Program-made: the position numbers and the translations under genes
Shown: positions 1-8,521 of the stretch, in pieces
Layout of the letters: each line of letters starts with the position of its first letter
Position numbering within the stretch: position 1 is the first letter of the stretch
NCBI RefSeq assembly: GCF_000092465.1
Contig: NC_014205.1
Coordinates: 1,170,001 to 1,202,000, forward strand
Origin: Staphylothermus hellenicus DSM 12710
GTDB lineage: Archaea > Thermoproteota > Thermoprotei_A > Sulfolobales > Desulfurococcaceae
DNA: 32,000 bases
Direction of reading: 5' to 3'
Notes under the pieces: generated by a model
Told to the model about the DNA's origin: nothing
Database searches by the model: none
Seen by the model: the letters and a program-made list of their open reading frames with translations, nothing else

Positions 1-85
1 GAAGCGCTGAAGCCAGAGTAGTTTTTCCGCTACCAGCTGTTCCAAGTACAACGATATAGTATGGCAATTCTTCAACCACCTTCAC
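1..85 (-). CDS. P-loop NTPase, probably a GPN-loop GTPase; N-terminal 28 codons only (gene continues past the window start)
   Basis: Reverse complement of 1-85 reads VKVVEELPYYIVVLGTAGSGKTTLASAL. The GTG start at 85 overlaps the upstream stop (TAGTG). The Walker A GTAGSGKTT matches the context typical of archaeal GPN-loop GTPases. Confidence 0.45.
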   Translation of the reverse strand, partial: MKVVEELPYYIVVLGTAGSGKTTLASAL

Positions 86-1176
86 TATATAAGGAATGAC
101 TGGGACCTACTACCCCAGAATTTTCCTTTGAAGTTTAATTTATATCCGCAACGTGGACATCTGAAATCCTTGGTAAGCCTCCAATCAACAATATAAAATC
201 CTAACCGCTTAACTACTAGTTCGCCGCATCTAGGACAATACGTGTTCTCTAATGGGTGATTCCCTACATTTCCAATATAAACATGTTTAAGCCCCTCCTC
301 CATAGCTATCTTAGCTAGTTTTTCAAGAGTCTCCAGAGGTGTTGGTGGTAGGTTTTGAAGTTTATAGTCTGGGTGGAATCGCAGTAGGTGAAAAGGCGTT
401 TCATCCCCTAAGTTTTCAACGATCCATCTTGCGAGTTTGCGTATATCTTCTTCTTTATCCCCGTATTTGGGGACTACAAGATTTGTTATTTCAATCCACC
501 ATCCTTCCTTCTTCATCGCAAGTATAGAGTCAAATATAGGCTCAGGATCTAGTACTCCCATGAATTTCCTATAGAACTCCTTGTTTCCTCCGCCCTTGAA
601 ATCAACTGTAGCTGCATCCATATATGGACCTAACTCCTTAATTGCTTCCGGCGTCATGTATCCATTTGTCACCATTGTATTGAATAATCCTTCTTTTTTA
701 GCTAGTTTAGCAGTATCATACATGAACTCGTAGAATATTGTCGGCTCATTATACGTATAACTTATGCCTTGACAACCATTCTCGATTGCCAACTTAACTA
801 CTTCTTCCGGATCATATGGTTCTCCAAATATCTTATCATATCTTGATTGGCTTAAAACCCAGTTCTGACAGAACTTGCAATAAAAATTGCATCCCGCAGT
901 CGATATTGAGAATACACATGCTCCGGGGTTAAAGTGCATTAATGGCTTCTTCTCGATTGGATCGGGATTGGCAGCTGTTAATAAGCCATATACCAATGTA
1001 TAAAGTTTTCCGTTATGATTATATCTAACACCACAAGCACCGAAAGCTCCTGGCGCAATAATACATCTCTTATGGCACAGATTACAAACCACCCTTCCAT
1101 CTCCCAATGGTTTCCAAAACATTGCTTCCCTAACACCAGGTCTTCTAGGATCAAAACGGTAGCGTCTACCAGCCAT
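85..1176 (-). CDS. AmmeMemoRadiSam-system radical SAM enzyme (pyruvate formate-lyase activase-like)
   Basis: 363-aa ORF with the radical SAM cluster motif CNFYCKFCQN. An N-terminal Cys-rich segment (CNLCHKRCIIAPGAFGACGVR) and a C-terminal CPRCG...CPRCG match the AmrS-type architecture. Confidence 0.75.
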   Translation of the reverse strand: MAGRRYRFDPRRPGVREAMFWKPLGDGRVVCNLCHKRCIIAPGAFGACGVRYNHNGKLYTLVYGLLTAANPDPIEKKPLMHFNPGACVFSISTAGCNFYCKFCQNWVLSQSRYDKIFGEPYDPEEVVKLAIENGCQGISYTYNEPTIFYEFMYDTAKLAKKEGLFNTMVTNGYMTPEAIKELGPYMDAATVDFKGGGNKEFYRKFMGVLDPEPIFDSILAMKKEGWWIEITNLVVPKYGDKEEDIRKLARWIVENLGDETPFHLLRFHPDYKLQNLPPTPLETLEKLAKIAMEEGLKHVYIGNVGNHPLENTYCPRCGELVVKRLGFYIVDWRLTKDFRCPRCGYKLNFKGKFWGSRSQSFLI

Positions 1177-1319
1177 GTCTTATCCACCATCACAGTATAT
1201 TTATTGTAAATAGCCCTGTATAGATTCTTTCATTAAAAACTAGGACTATGTATACTTTATGGATACTAACGTATACTTTTATCTATATAGGTTATTAATA
1301 TATGTTGGAGAAATAATAT

Positions 1320-2237
1320 ATGGTGAGCGCTGTGGGTGTAGTTATTACGGGTAAAAACTATGAATCATTTGCTGAAAAATACGCTTCTCTACTGGGATAT
1401 GATATAGGAGAGATACAAACCAAAATATTCCCAGACGGCGAATACTATGTTAGAATTAAAAAACCTGAATTAATACATGGTAATAAAGTCGCCATAATTA
1501 ATACAATGTATCCTAGACAAAACGATTCCTTACTAGAAACACTAATGCTAATAGACGCTGCTCGAAAAGCGGGGGCAAAACATGTTGTTGTTATAATTCC
1601 TTATCTAGCGTATGCTAGGCAAGACAAAGTATTCCTGGAAGGAGAACCAGTAACCGCGAGTATTGTTGTTAAAATGATTAGGATGGTTGGTGCTGATGCA
1701 TTAGTTGTGGTGGATATTCATAGTGTTAAAACTCTCGAAGATTTTAACGGCAAAGCATTGAATGTGCTAGTATCAGATAAACTTGTCGAAAAAGCTTTGA
1801 ATATTCTTAATAACCCAGTAGTTATTGCCCCTGATAAAGGCGCGCTGCACAGGGCTAAATATGCGGCTGAAAAACATGGTTTAGAATATGATTACCTAGT
1901 AAAGAGAAGAGATAGGATAACAGGGGAAATCTCGATTATGCCTAAAGAGCTTAGAATTGATGGAAGAGATATTGTAATCATCGATGACATTATAAGTACT
2001 GGGGGGACAATAGCTAGTGCAGCAAGAATTCTTCAATCCCAGGGAGCCCGTAAAATTATAGTGGCAGCTACGCATGGATTATTTATTGGAAACGCACTGG
2101 AAAAAATTAGATCAGCAGGTATAGAAAAAATCTATACAGCGAATACTCTGGGAATAACTCATAGAGACCCATTAATAGAAACAATAGATGTAAGCGAGAA
2201 AGTGGTTTCAGAAATTAGACATAACAATATCATATAA
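1320..2237 (+). CDS. prs: ribose-phosphate pyrophosphokinase (PRPP synthetase)
   Basis: 305-aa ORF. It has a PRPP-binding loop (VIIDDIISTGGT) and an ARQDK motif (YLAYARQDKVF); length and order are typical of Prs. Confidence 0.9.
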   Translation: MVSAVGVVITGKNYESFAEKYASLLGYDIGEIQTKIFPDGEYYVRIKKPELIHGNKVAIINTMYPRQNDSLLETLMLIDAARKAGAKHVVVIIPYLAYARQDKVFLEGEPVTASIVVKMIRMVGADALVVVDIHSVKTLEDFNGKALNVLVSDKLVEKALNILNNPVVIAPDKGALHRAKYAAEKHGLEYDYLVKRRDRITGEISIMPKELRIDGRDIVIIDDIISTGGTIASAARILQSQGARKIIVAATHGLFIGNALEKIRSAGIEKIYTANTLGITHRDPLIETIDVSEKVVSEIRHNNII

Positions 2238-2268
2238 ATCGTATAGCTAGGCAGAGGCAAGGAAGTTT

Positions 2269-3282
2269 TTGGAAGAAAAAATATACTACTTCATTCTTTC
2301 AGGTGATCACGAAGAATTATCTTTAGCAGAACTTAAAGCATTATTAGAAATAATAAAACCTTCCGCAGAAATAATGGAATACTATCCCATGATCTGCCTC
2401 GTGAAAAACATCGATGATATCGACGCAGAAAAAGTTATTCGCAGAGCTGGATATATTAAAGAAACCGGTAAGTTATTGGGAATAGATAATCCATATCATC
2501 CGGAACTGAACTATCTAGATAAAGTTTCTGAGCTCAACACTAAATATGTGAAAGTAAGTATTATGAAATCGACTATTGAGAATGAAATAGCTGATAAGTA
2601 TAGAAACTTATTAGTTTCTAAAACCAATTTAAAAGACTACTATATGAAAAGCAAGCATATACACTTGGTTTTCTCGAGTGGGAGAGTTTTTGTTGGATAC
2701 CCCCTCTTCTTCCTTGAAACAAGAAACTTTTATCATAGAAGACCTTCGACAAGACCATTTTTCAGAAGTATAGCTTTACCAGTAAGGTTGTCCCGTCTCT
2801 TAATAAATCTAGCTAGAGTTAAAGAAGGCGAGGTATTGCTTGATCCTTTTGCTGGAACCGGAAGTATATTGATTGAGGCTTTAATGATGAAAATTAGACC
2901 AATCGGTATTGAGATTGATTGGAAGCTTATACATGGTGCTAGAGAAAACTTATTACATTATGGGTTTGATAATTGGGTACTGATATTGGGAGATAGTACT
3001 AATATTAAGCTTTCCGGTATTGATGGAATAGCCACTGATCCGCCATATGGTAGAGCTGCAAGTACACATGGATTAGGAGCTGAATACATATATTCGAAAT
3101 TCATAGAAAACTCTGCTGAATCATTGAAAAATAAAAGATACCTAGTATTCATGGCTCCATATGATTTATCTAAGTATATTGATGAAGTATTATGTTCTAA
3201 CGGTTTCATTATAAGAGGAAAACACTATATGTTCGTACACGGAGGTCTCACCAGGGTAATATATGAGGCGCTACTAGTATGA
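2269..3282 (+). CDS. THUMP-domain tRNA (guanine-N2)-methyltransferase, Trm11/Trm-G10 family
   Basis: TTG start. The N-terminus (FILSGDHEELSLAELKAL) is typical of the Trm11/TrmG10 family. It has the SAM-binding motif LDPFAGTGSILIEA and the catalytic motif TDPPYGR. It overlaps the next gene by 4 nt. Confidence 0.7.
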   Translation: MEEKIYYFILSGDHEELSLAELKALLEIIKPSAEIMEYYPMICLVKNIDDIDAEKVIRRAGYIKETGKLLGIDNPYHPELNYLDKVSELNTKYVKVSIMKSTIENEIADKYRNLLVSKTNLKDYYMKSKHIHLVFSSGRVFVGYPLFFLETRNFYHRRPSTRPFFRSIALPVRLSRLLINLARVKEGEVLLDPFAGTGSILIEALMMKIRPIGIEIDWKLIHGARENLLHYGFDNWVLILGDSTNIKLSGIDGIATDPPYGRAASTHGLGAEYIYSKFIENSAESLKNKRYLVFMAPYDLSKYIDEVLCSNGFIIRGKHYMFVHGGLTRVIYEALLV

Positions 3283-4034
3283 ATGCCAAGATCTTCATGC
3301 TAGGCACGGGAGCGGCCATGCCTATATCGAGGGGATTACCATGTATTGCTTTAAGAATAGATTCCAATATATATTTACTAGATGTTGGAGAAGGTTGTCA
3401 GCAAAGACTATTCGAAGCAGGGCTTGGATTAGTAAAAATTAAAACTATAATGATTACCCATCTCCACGGAGACCATTATCTCGGATTATTCGGGATGTTT
3501 CAATCAATGCATTTATCTAATAGGAAAAACGAACTATACCTAATCGCCCCCGCTAAGCTTAAGGATCTTTTAAAGAAATTCATAGAACTAGGCTTGGCTA
3601 AGATCGCGTATCCAATTTATTTTGTTGAAGCTAAAGAAGGAGAATTGTATAGAGATAATAAAATTAGTGTTGAAGCTTTCAAAGTTGTACATGGAATCGA
3701 AGCATACGGGTACAAATTAACTCTAAAGAACGGTAAAAGAATCGTATATACTGGCGATACAAAACCCTTTGAGGATCTAGAATCTATTGCAAAGAATGCT
3801 GATATATTAGTTCATGAAGCTACTTTCACAAGTGATTTAAGAGAGGAAGCATGGGAGCAGGGTCATTCAACAGCGGCTGATGCAGCTATTACTGCGTATA
3901 AAGCTAATGTGAAGGAGCTTGTATTAACACATATTAGTTCTAGATACAAGGATGCTGAACCATTATATGTGGATGCCTATAGATATTTTAGAAACGTGGT
4001 TGTCGCCGAAGACTATATGGTTATATATTTATAG
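3279..4034 (+). CDS. rnz: ribonuclease Z (tRNA 3' endonuclease, metallo-beta-lactamase fold)
   Basis: N-terminal FMLGTGAAMP...LDVGEGCQQRL and the metal motif ITHLHGDHYLGL, followed by downstream HEATF and H-rich motifs. The collinear pattern matches archaeal RNase Z. Confidence 0.8.
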   Translation: MNAKIFMLGTGAAMPISRGLPCIALRIDSNIYLLDVGEGCQQRLFEAGLGLVKIKTIMITHLHGDHYLGLFGMFQSMHLSNRKNELYLIAPAKLKDLLKKFIELGLAKIAYPIYFVEAKEGELYRDNKISVEAFKVVHGIEAYGYKLTLKNGKRIVYTGDTKPFEDLESIAKNADILVHEATFTSDLREEAWEQGHSTAADAAITAYKANVKELVLTHISSRYKDAEPLYVDAYRYFRNVVVAEDYMVIYL

Positions 4035-4475
4035 TTCATCGGGTAAAGGCCTGTTCCTTCTATCACTAGGGGTATGTTTGCCTGGAGCTAGCCAATCAAT
4101 AATTCTCTTTGGATCATTTGATTCTATAATAAATCTTATCGCTCCAAGCGGTGACTCCTTGTCATCATCTACAAACGATATCTTACCCATATATGCTGCT
4201 TGTTTATGGAGCATGAACGCTATAGTGTTTCCACGCAGTCTCCTATATAGTAGGGCTCTTGCAGCTGGAACAATCTGTTCTATTCTTATCAAATTATATA
4301 GTTTACCCAGTGATTCTATCTTGTTTGAGAATCCCTCCGCCCTCTTATATTCATCGTCTTCATTGATTAGAATAATTTCTCCATTGAAGACATTTTCAAT
4401 AGCCTTAACAACTTTCCTATGATCTTCTGTGGGATTGATCCTAGCTGATACTGTTATCTTTAACATTCTTCTCAA
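4029..4475 (-). CDS. UPF0201-family protein (predicted RNA-binding, DUF54-like)
   Basis: 148-aa ORF beginning MLKITVSARINPTEDHRKV, characteristic of UPF0201. It lies directly downstream of, and overlaps, a UPF0200-type kinase gene, which is the conserved archaeal pairing. Confidence 0.5.
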   Translation of the reverse strand: MRRMLKITVSARINPTEDHRKVVKAIENVFNGEIILINEDDEYKRAEGFSNKIESLGKLYNLIRIEQIVPAARALLYRRLRGNTIAFMLHKQAAYMGKISFVDDDKESPLGAIRFIIESNDPKRIIDWLAPGKHTPSDRRNRPLPDEL

Positions 4476-5010
4476 CCAGTTCCTTTAATATATTGTATGC
4501 CCCCCTATAAGCTTCTTCAATACTTCCCTCATTAACAATCATGTAGTCAGCTAATGCTATGACGTTTCCTAAACCAAATCGTAACTCTGTTAGATCACGT
4601 TTTACGAAATCTTCCCAATTATCCGGGTCTCCAGGCCTATTCCTTTTTCTGATCCGTTCAAACCGGGTTTTAGGAGAAGCATGAACAGCTAAAATAACTG
4701 TTTCAGCATATTTTTTGAAAGCTTCTACTTCCACTAGACTCCTTACTCCATCCACAACGACTACTCCTCTTTTTTCCTTGATCCGCTCAATAGTTTTTCT
4801 AGCAACATAGTCTTCACCATATAATTTTCTTACCCTTCTAGATGCTTCACGCATAGTTTCAGGAGTTATTACCCCGTAAAACCTTGATGTTTCCATTCTA
4901 ATAATATCACCCATATTATATACTGGGAGACCTAGGTCTTGAGCTGCTTTGGAAACAATGCTTTTGCCGGCGCCAGGCATTCCTGCTACTAGCACTATGA
5001 ATAGTTTCAT
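4441..5010 (-). CDS. UPF0200-family P-loop nucleotide kinase (adenylate/dephospho-CoA kinase-like)
   Basis: ATG at 5010 gives MKLFIVLVAGMPGAGKSIVS (Walker A). The rest is collinear with small nucleotide kinases (VVVDGVRS, RIRKRNRPGD lid-like segment). The track start at 5019 is a GTG 3 codons upstream. Confidence 0.6.
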   Translation of the reverse strand: MKLFIVLVAGMPGAGKSIVSKAAQDLGLPVYNMGDIIRMETSRFYGVITPETMREASRRVRKLYGEDYVARKTIERIKEKRGVVVVDGVRSLVEVEAFKKYAETVILAVHASPKTRFERIRKRNRPGDPDNWEDFVKRDLTELRFGLGNVIALADYMIVNEGSIEEAYRGAYNILKELVEKNVKDNSIS

Positions 5011-5134
5011 TGTAAACACCCAAGCACCTAAGCTAGTTGTTTTCGTATCATTGATATTAATAACATACTTTAACCAATACGGTTTATTAGCTTTGAATTT
5101 ATTATTTTCTAATCATGGAATTAATGTGGAGAGG

Positions 5135-5716
5135 ATGTGGATAATGTCTAGAGAGAACCTCAGGGTATTCGTAGCAATAGATATATCGGATCCTAATGTT
5201 CTAGACAGGCTAAGCAGAATCAGGGATTTACTGCTGGAAAGCAAAGCTGATTTAAAACCGGTTGCTACTGAGAACATGCATATCACATTAAGATTCATTG
5301 GTGAGACACCAATACATTTAGTCAACAATATCTGTGATGATCTAGGAAACATAGAGTTTGAATCGTTTAAAATAAGAATAAAAGGCGTTGGTGTCTTTCC
5401 AAATATTGCAAGACCAAGAGTTATATGGGCTGGGGTTAGCCAGGGAGTAGAAAATCTCTCCAAACTACATGATATTGTGGAAAAAATCCTTAGAAAACAC
5501 GGTATTCCTCCACAAAGAGAAAAATTCATACCCCACATTACATTAGCTAGAGTAAAGAGTGGTAGAAATATTTCGAGGCTTGTAAAGATCATAGAGAGTA
5601 TAGCTGATACTGATTTCGGAGAAGCCGTAGTTGATAAAATAGTATTAAAAAGAAGCATTCTAACCCCTAGCGGGCCAATCTACAGAGACATATGTGAGGC
5701 AAAGGCTAGGGAATAA
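5135..5716 (+). CDS. thpR: RNA 2',3'-cyclic phosphodiesterase / 2'-5' RNA ligase family (ThpR/LigT, 2H phosphoesterase)
   Basis: Two HxTx motifs (HITLRFIG and HITLARV) at the spacing typical of 2H phosphoesterases. I prefer the ATG at 5135 or 5144; the track's upstream extension from 4949 overlaps the divergent gene. The stop overlaps the cca start (TAATG). Confidence 0.8.
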   Translation: MWIMSRENLRVFVAIDISDPNVLDRLSRIRDLLLESKADLKPVATENMHITLRFIGETPIHLVNNICDDLGNIEFESFKIRIKGVGVFPNIARPRVIWAGVSQGVENLSKLHDIVEKILRKHGIPPQREKFIPHITLARVKSGRNISRLVKIIESIADTDFGEAVVDKIVLKRSILTPSGPIYRDICEAKARE

Positions 5717-7140
5717 TGGTTCCAAACGATGAATATGAGTATATAGAAAAACTTGTTCTTACCAGAATAAAGCCTAAAGAAGAAGAATATAGTAAGTTAA
5801 GGAAAGCATTCCATATTATTAAAAAACATGTTGAAAATGTCCTAAAAGAAAATAATGTAAAAGCAAAAGTAACCCTTCAGGGAAGTTTTGCACATGATAC
5901 ATGGTTATCAGGAGACAATGATCTAGATGTATTTGTTTTATTTCCACCTGATTGGAGCATAGAGGATCTAAGAGATAAAGGTTTTAAAATATTATTAGAA
6001 GCAGCCAGAAGATCTGGAAGATACGAAATACGATATTCTCAACATCCATATATTAGAGTATATGTAGGAGATGTAAGAACAGATCTGGTTCCAGGATACG
6101 AAGTTGTCAGCAATAAGGATATTAGAACAGCTGTTGACCGTACCCCATTTCATACACAATATGTTAACTCGAAACTAGACGATAAGATGAGGGATCAAGT
6201 CCGATTACTCAAAAAATTCCTAAAGAATCTTGGGATTTATGGAGCAGAAATAAAAACTAAGGGATTTTCTGGATATGTCGCTGAGCTTTTAATAATAAAA
6301 TATGGTAGTTTTAGAAACTTGCTTAGAGAAGCGTCAAATTGGAAGCATCCAGTCTATATTAATACATTGGATAATGAAGAAGAATTTAGAAAAATAAAAA
6401 AGATTTTAAGAAAAAGATATCCTGAAGCAGTCCTATATATCCCTGATCCAGTTGATCCGCTTAGGAATGCTGCTGCATCTGTTTCTTTGAAAAGCTTAGC
6501 AATATTCGTGGTAGCTTCAAGATGCTATCTTAGAAAGCCTGACCTAGCATTTTTCTTCGATGAGCAAACCAATAATCAAGAAACAATAGCTGAAGCATTA
6601 AATAATAGATGTTTATTACTTATCGAGCTACCATTAAAGGAGAAACTACCTCCAGATATTGTTTGGGGAGAGATTCAGAGAATAGGGGATCGAGGCGCTA
6701 AGGTTCTCGCTAATAATGATTTCAACGTTATATACTGGGATGTTTGGACTGATGAAAAAGAAAAATCATATATACTATATGAGCTTGATTACTGTGAAAA
6801 GAATAATCCTAGACTATATAGAGGACCGGAATATTGGGCTAAAGATAGAGTTCTAAGATTCCTAGCTAAACATATTAAACACAACGCTATAGGCCCATGG
6901 ATCAATATGCATGGACAACTAGTATCTCTTAGAAAAAGAAAATATGAGAGTGCACAGAAGCTTCTTATTGAAAGAAGCTGGGAATATATTGTCACCCCTC
7001 ATTTCAAAGGCTTAATCCCGAAAATACATATTGTAACAAGAGACTTCTTAGAAAAAATATGGAGTCAAGGAGGAATAAGTAGATGGCTAGCAAGGGTTAT
7101 TATAAGAAGGCCAAAATGGATGGAGAAGTGCATAGAATAG
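5716..7140 (+). CDS. cca: CCA-adding enzyme (archaeal class I tRNA nucleotidyltransferase)
   Basis: 474-aa ORF with the nucleotidyltransferase motif GSFAHDTWLSGDNDLDVFVLF, then RTPFHTQYV. Length and domain order match archaeal CCA-adding enzymes. Confidence 0.9.
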   Translation: MVPNDEYEYIEKLVLTRIKPKEEEYSKLRKAFHIIKKHVENVLKENNVKAKVTLQGSFAHDTWLSGDNDLDVFVLFPPDWSIEDLRDKGFKILLEAARRSGRYEIRYSQHPYIRVYVGDVRTDLVPGYEVVSNKDIRTAVDRTPFHTQYVNSKLDDKMRDQVRLLKKFLKNLGIYGAEIKTKGFSGYVAELLIIKYGSFRNLLREASNWKHPVYINTLDNEEEFRKIKKILRKRYPEAVLYIPDPVDPLRNAAASVSLKSLAIFVVASRCYLRKPDLAFFFDEQTNNQETIAEALNNRCLLLIELPLKEKLPPDIVWGEIQRIGDRGAKVLANNDFNVIYWDVWTDEKEKSYILYELDYCEKNNPRLYRGPEYWAKDRVLRFLAKHIKHNAIGPWINMHGQLVSLRKRKYESAQKLLIERSWEYIVTPHFKGLIPKIHIVTRDFLEKIWSQGGISRWLARVIIRRPKWMEKCIE

Positions 7141-7889
7141 AAAATAAATCTATTGATGAGTTCCTCTCCTATATTCTTTGCTTTCCGAAAACCAGTTGTT
7201 CCCTCTATGAAAAAAGACTTCTCATCCTTAAAAAATCCGGGTTCGACTACGTTGTTGAAACAGGTAAAAATATTCTCGGATACCGAGCTATCGGTAAGGG
7301 ATATTCATCAATAATTGTTTTGGCTCATAACAAATTCTATGGATATGGAGCTTTAAAGATCCGTAGACTCGATAGTAGGAGATCAAGTCTAGGTTATGAA
7401 GGCATGATACTTGACTATCTTGATAAAACATTATTAGCTCCCCAACTATATCTATGGAGCGATGAATTCATATTCATGGAATATCTTGACCCCCAAAAAT
7501 GCATCGGTATAGATAAGATAATTACACAAAATCTAGTAAGAAAAGATAAGAAAAGAATTATGAAATTGCTTAAGAAAGTAATTCTAGCACTATATCTTAT
7601 CGATAAACTAAATATTGATCATGGAGAACTGAACAGACCATATGATCACCTATATATCTGTGAAGACAAATACGTTAAAATAATCGATTGGGAAAGCAGT
7701 AGTTATAGAAAACCTCATAATTTAACAATGTTTATGTCTTTTCTACTATACAGGTATAATCGTAGAGAAGAACTAATGAGTCTTCTTGGACTGAATAGGG
7801 ATCAAATTGTTAAATTGTTGAAGAATTACAAGAAAACTCTTTCTATTAAGGATGTATATTTGTTGATTAAATCTCTTGAGCAGCCATAA
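7083..7889 (+). CDS. atypical Ser/Thr protein kinase-like protein (RIO/Bud32-like catalytic core)
   Basis: Catalytic-loop-like IDHGELNRPYDHLYI and metal-binding-like KIIDWESS. The start is uncertain: 7083 or ATG 7116 would overlap the cca 3' end. Confidence 0.45.
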   Translation: MASKGYYKKAKMDGEVHRIENKSIDEFLSYILCFPKTSCSLYEKRLLILKKSGFDYVVETGKNILGYRAIGKGYSSIIVLAHNKFYGYGALKIRRLDSRRSSLGYEGMILDYLDKTLLAPQLYLWSDEFIFMEYLDPQKCIGIDKIITQNLVRKDKKRIMKLLKKVILALYLIDKLNIDHGELNRPYDHLYICEDKYVKIIDWESSSYRKPHNLTMFMSFLLYRYNRREELMSLLGLNRDQIVKLLKNYKKTLSIKDVYLLIKSLEQP

Positions 7890-8163
7890 AGTTTCCTGTC
7901 TTTACATTCATATTCAACAGACTGCTGGATTTCTTATTCATTAATTTTCTCTCTAACGAGCTTATCAGCGAATAACGTCTCATTATTTTAATGGAAATAT
8001 CATTTATCGAGGGTATTGATAAATCGTGTTTACATTTCGGGCAAATACCTCCATAAACGCGGATGACTTCTTCAGGCGTGGGTATTCCATAGTAGTCTTG
8101 GCCAACTTCTTTAAATTCCCATAATACGTATCCACAGTGTTTGCAAACATATCTCACCGGCAT
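7867..8163 (-). CDS. small zinc-ribbon protein
   Basis: 98-aa ORF with CKHCG...CPKCKH (CxxC-28-CxxC) in the first 50 residues. It is convergent with the kinase-like gene and overlaps its 3' end. Confidence 0.5.
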   Translation of the reverse strand: MPVRYVCKHCGYVLWEFKEVGQDYYGIPTPEEVIRVYGGICPKCKHDLSIPSINDISIKIMRRYSLISSLERKLMNKKSSSLLNMNVKTGNFMAAQEI

Positions 8164-8204
8164 GGTTTTTCACCGTTTATTTAAATCGATGAGATTAGTA
8201 TTTA

Positions 8205-8305
8205 GTAATACCGGCTAGTAATACTTTCAATGAATGATTAAATATTCCTCAATAACCATTATACGGTAATACCGTTTTATTTCATCAAGGAATACGGTAA
8301 TACCG
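8205..8305. promoter_or_regulatory. cluster of GTAATAC(CG) repeats including two identical 14-mers ATACGGTAATACCG
   Basis: GTAATAC occurs at 8205, 8218, 8267 and 8298. The 14-mers lie at 8261-8274 and 8292-8305, 31 nt apart, each containing the inverted repeat CGGTA-A-TACCG. The cluster sits in the 250-nt spacer between the zinc-ribbon gene and the tRNA. Confidence 0.4.
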
Positions 8306-8412
8306 GGGATTTTATTTAAAAGTGGGAGAGTGGTGGGTGAAAGTATTCTAACTATTTAGTCATTGTTTTTAATAAAATATAAAATCTCTAAATAACTTTA
8401 ATGAAAAAGATA

Positions 8413-8521
8413 GGGGCCGTAGTCTAGCCTGGCTAGGATGCCGGCCTGGGGGGACACCCCGCTAGCCAGGCCTGGTGTCACAGAGCGCCGGTGATCCCGG
8501 GTTCAAATCCCGGCGGCCCCA
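8413..8521 (+). tRNA. tRNA-Pro (anticodon GGG) with a 34-nt intron at the canonical 37/38 position (intron 8452-8485)
   Basis: Hand-folded. Acceptor GGGGCCG/CGGCCCC plus A73. D arm GTCT-AGCCTGGCTA-GGAT. Anticodon stem CCGGC/GCCGG with loop CUGGGG/C. T arm CCGGG-TTCAAAT-CCCGG. The intron forms a 6-bp helix GACACC/GGUGUC flanked by 3-nt bulges (BHB-like). CCA is not encoded. Confidence 0.85.

Noticed and set aside
3952-4422. 156-aa plus-strand ORF overlapping the end of rnz and all of the UPF0201 gene
   Set aside because: It is an antisense shadow of a well-supported minus-strand gene. It has Ser/Leu-rich low-complexity composition and no recognisable motifs.
4949-5134. N-terminal 62-codon extension of the thpR ORF given in the track
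   Set aside because: It overlaps the divergent kinase gene start and is hydrophobic filler. 2H phosphoesterases begin close to the first beta strand (RVFVAIDI), so ATG 5135 or 5144 is the likely start.
5113-5658. 181-aa minus-strand ORF
   Set aside because: It lies entirely antisense to thpR, which has clear HxTx motifs, and has a low-complexity Ser/Leu/Ile composition.
8164-8412. The 250-nt AT-rich repeat-bearing spacer as an origin of replication
   Set aside because: The repeats (GTAATACCG) do not resemble known ORB or mini-ORB elements, and the region is not next to an initiator gene. I kept it as a candidate transcription factor site cluster instead.
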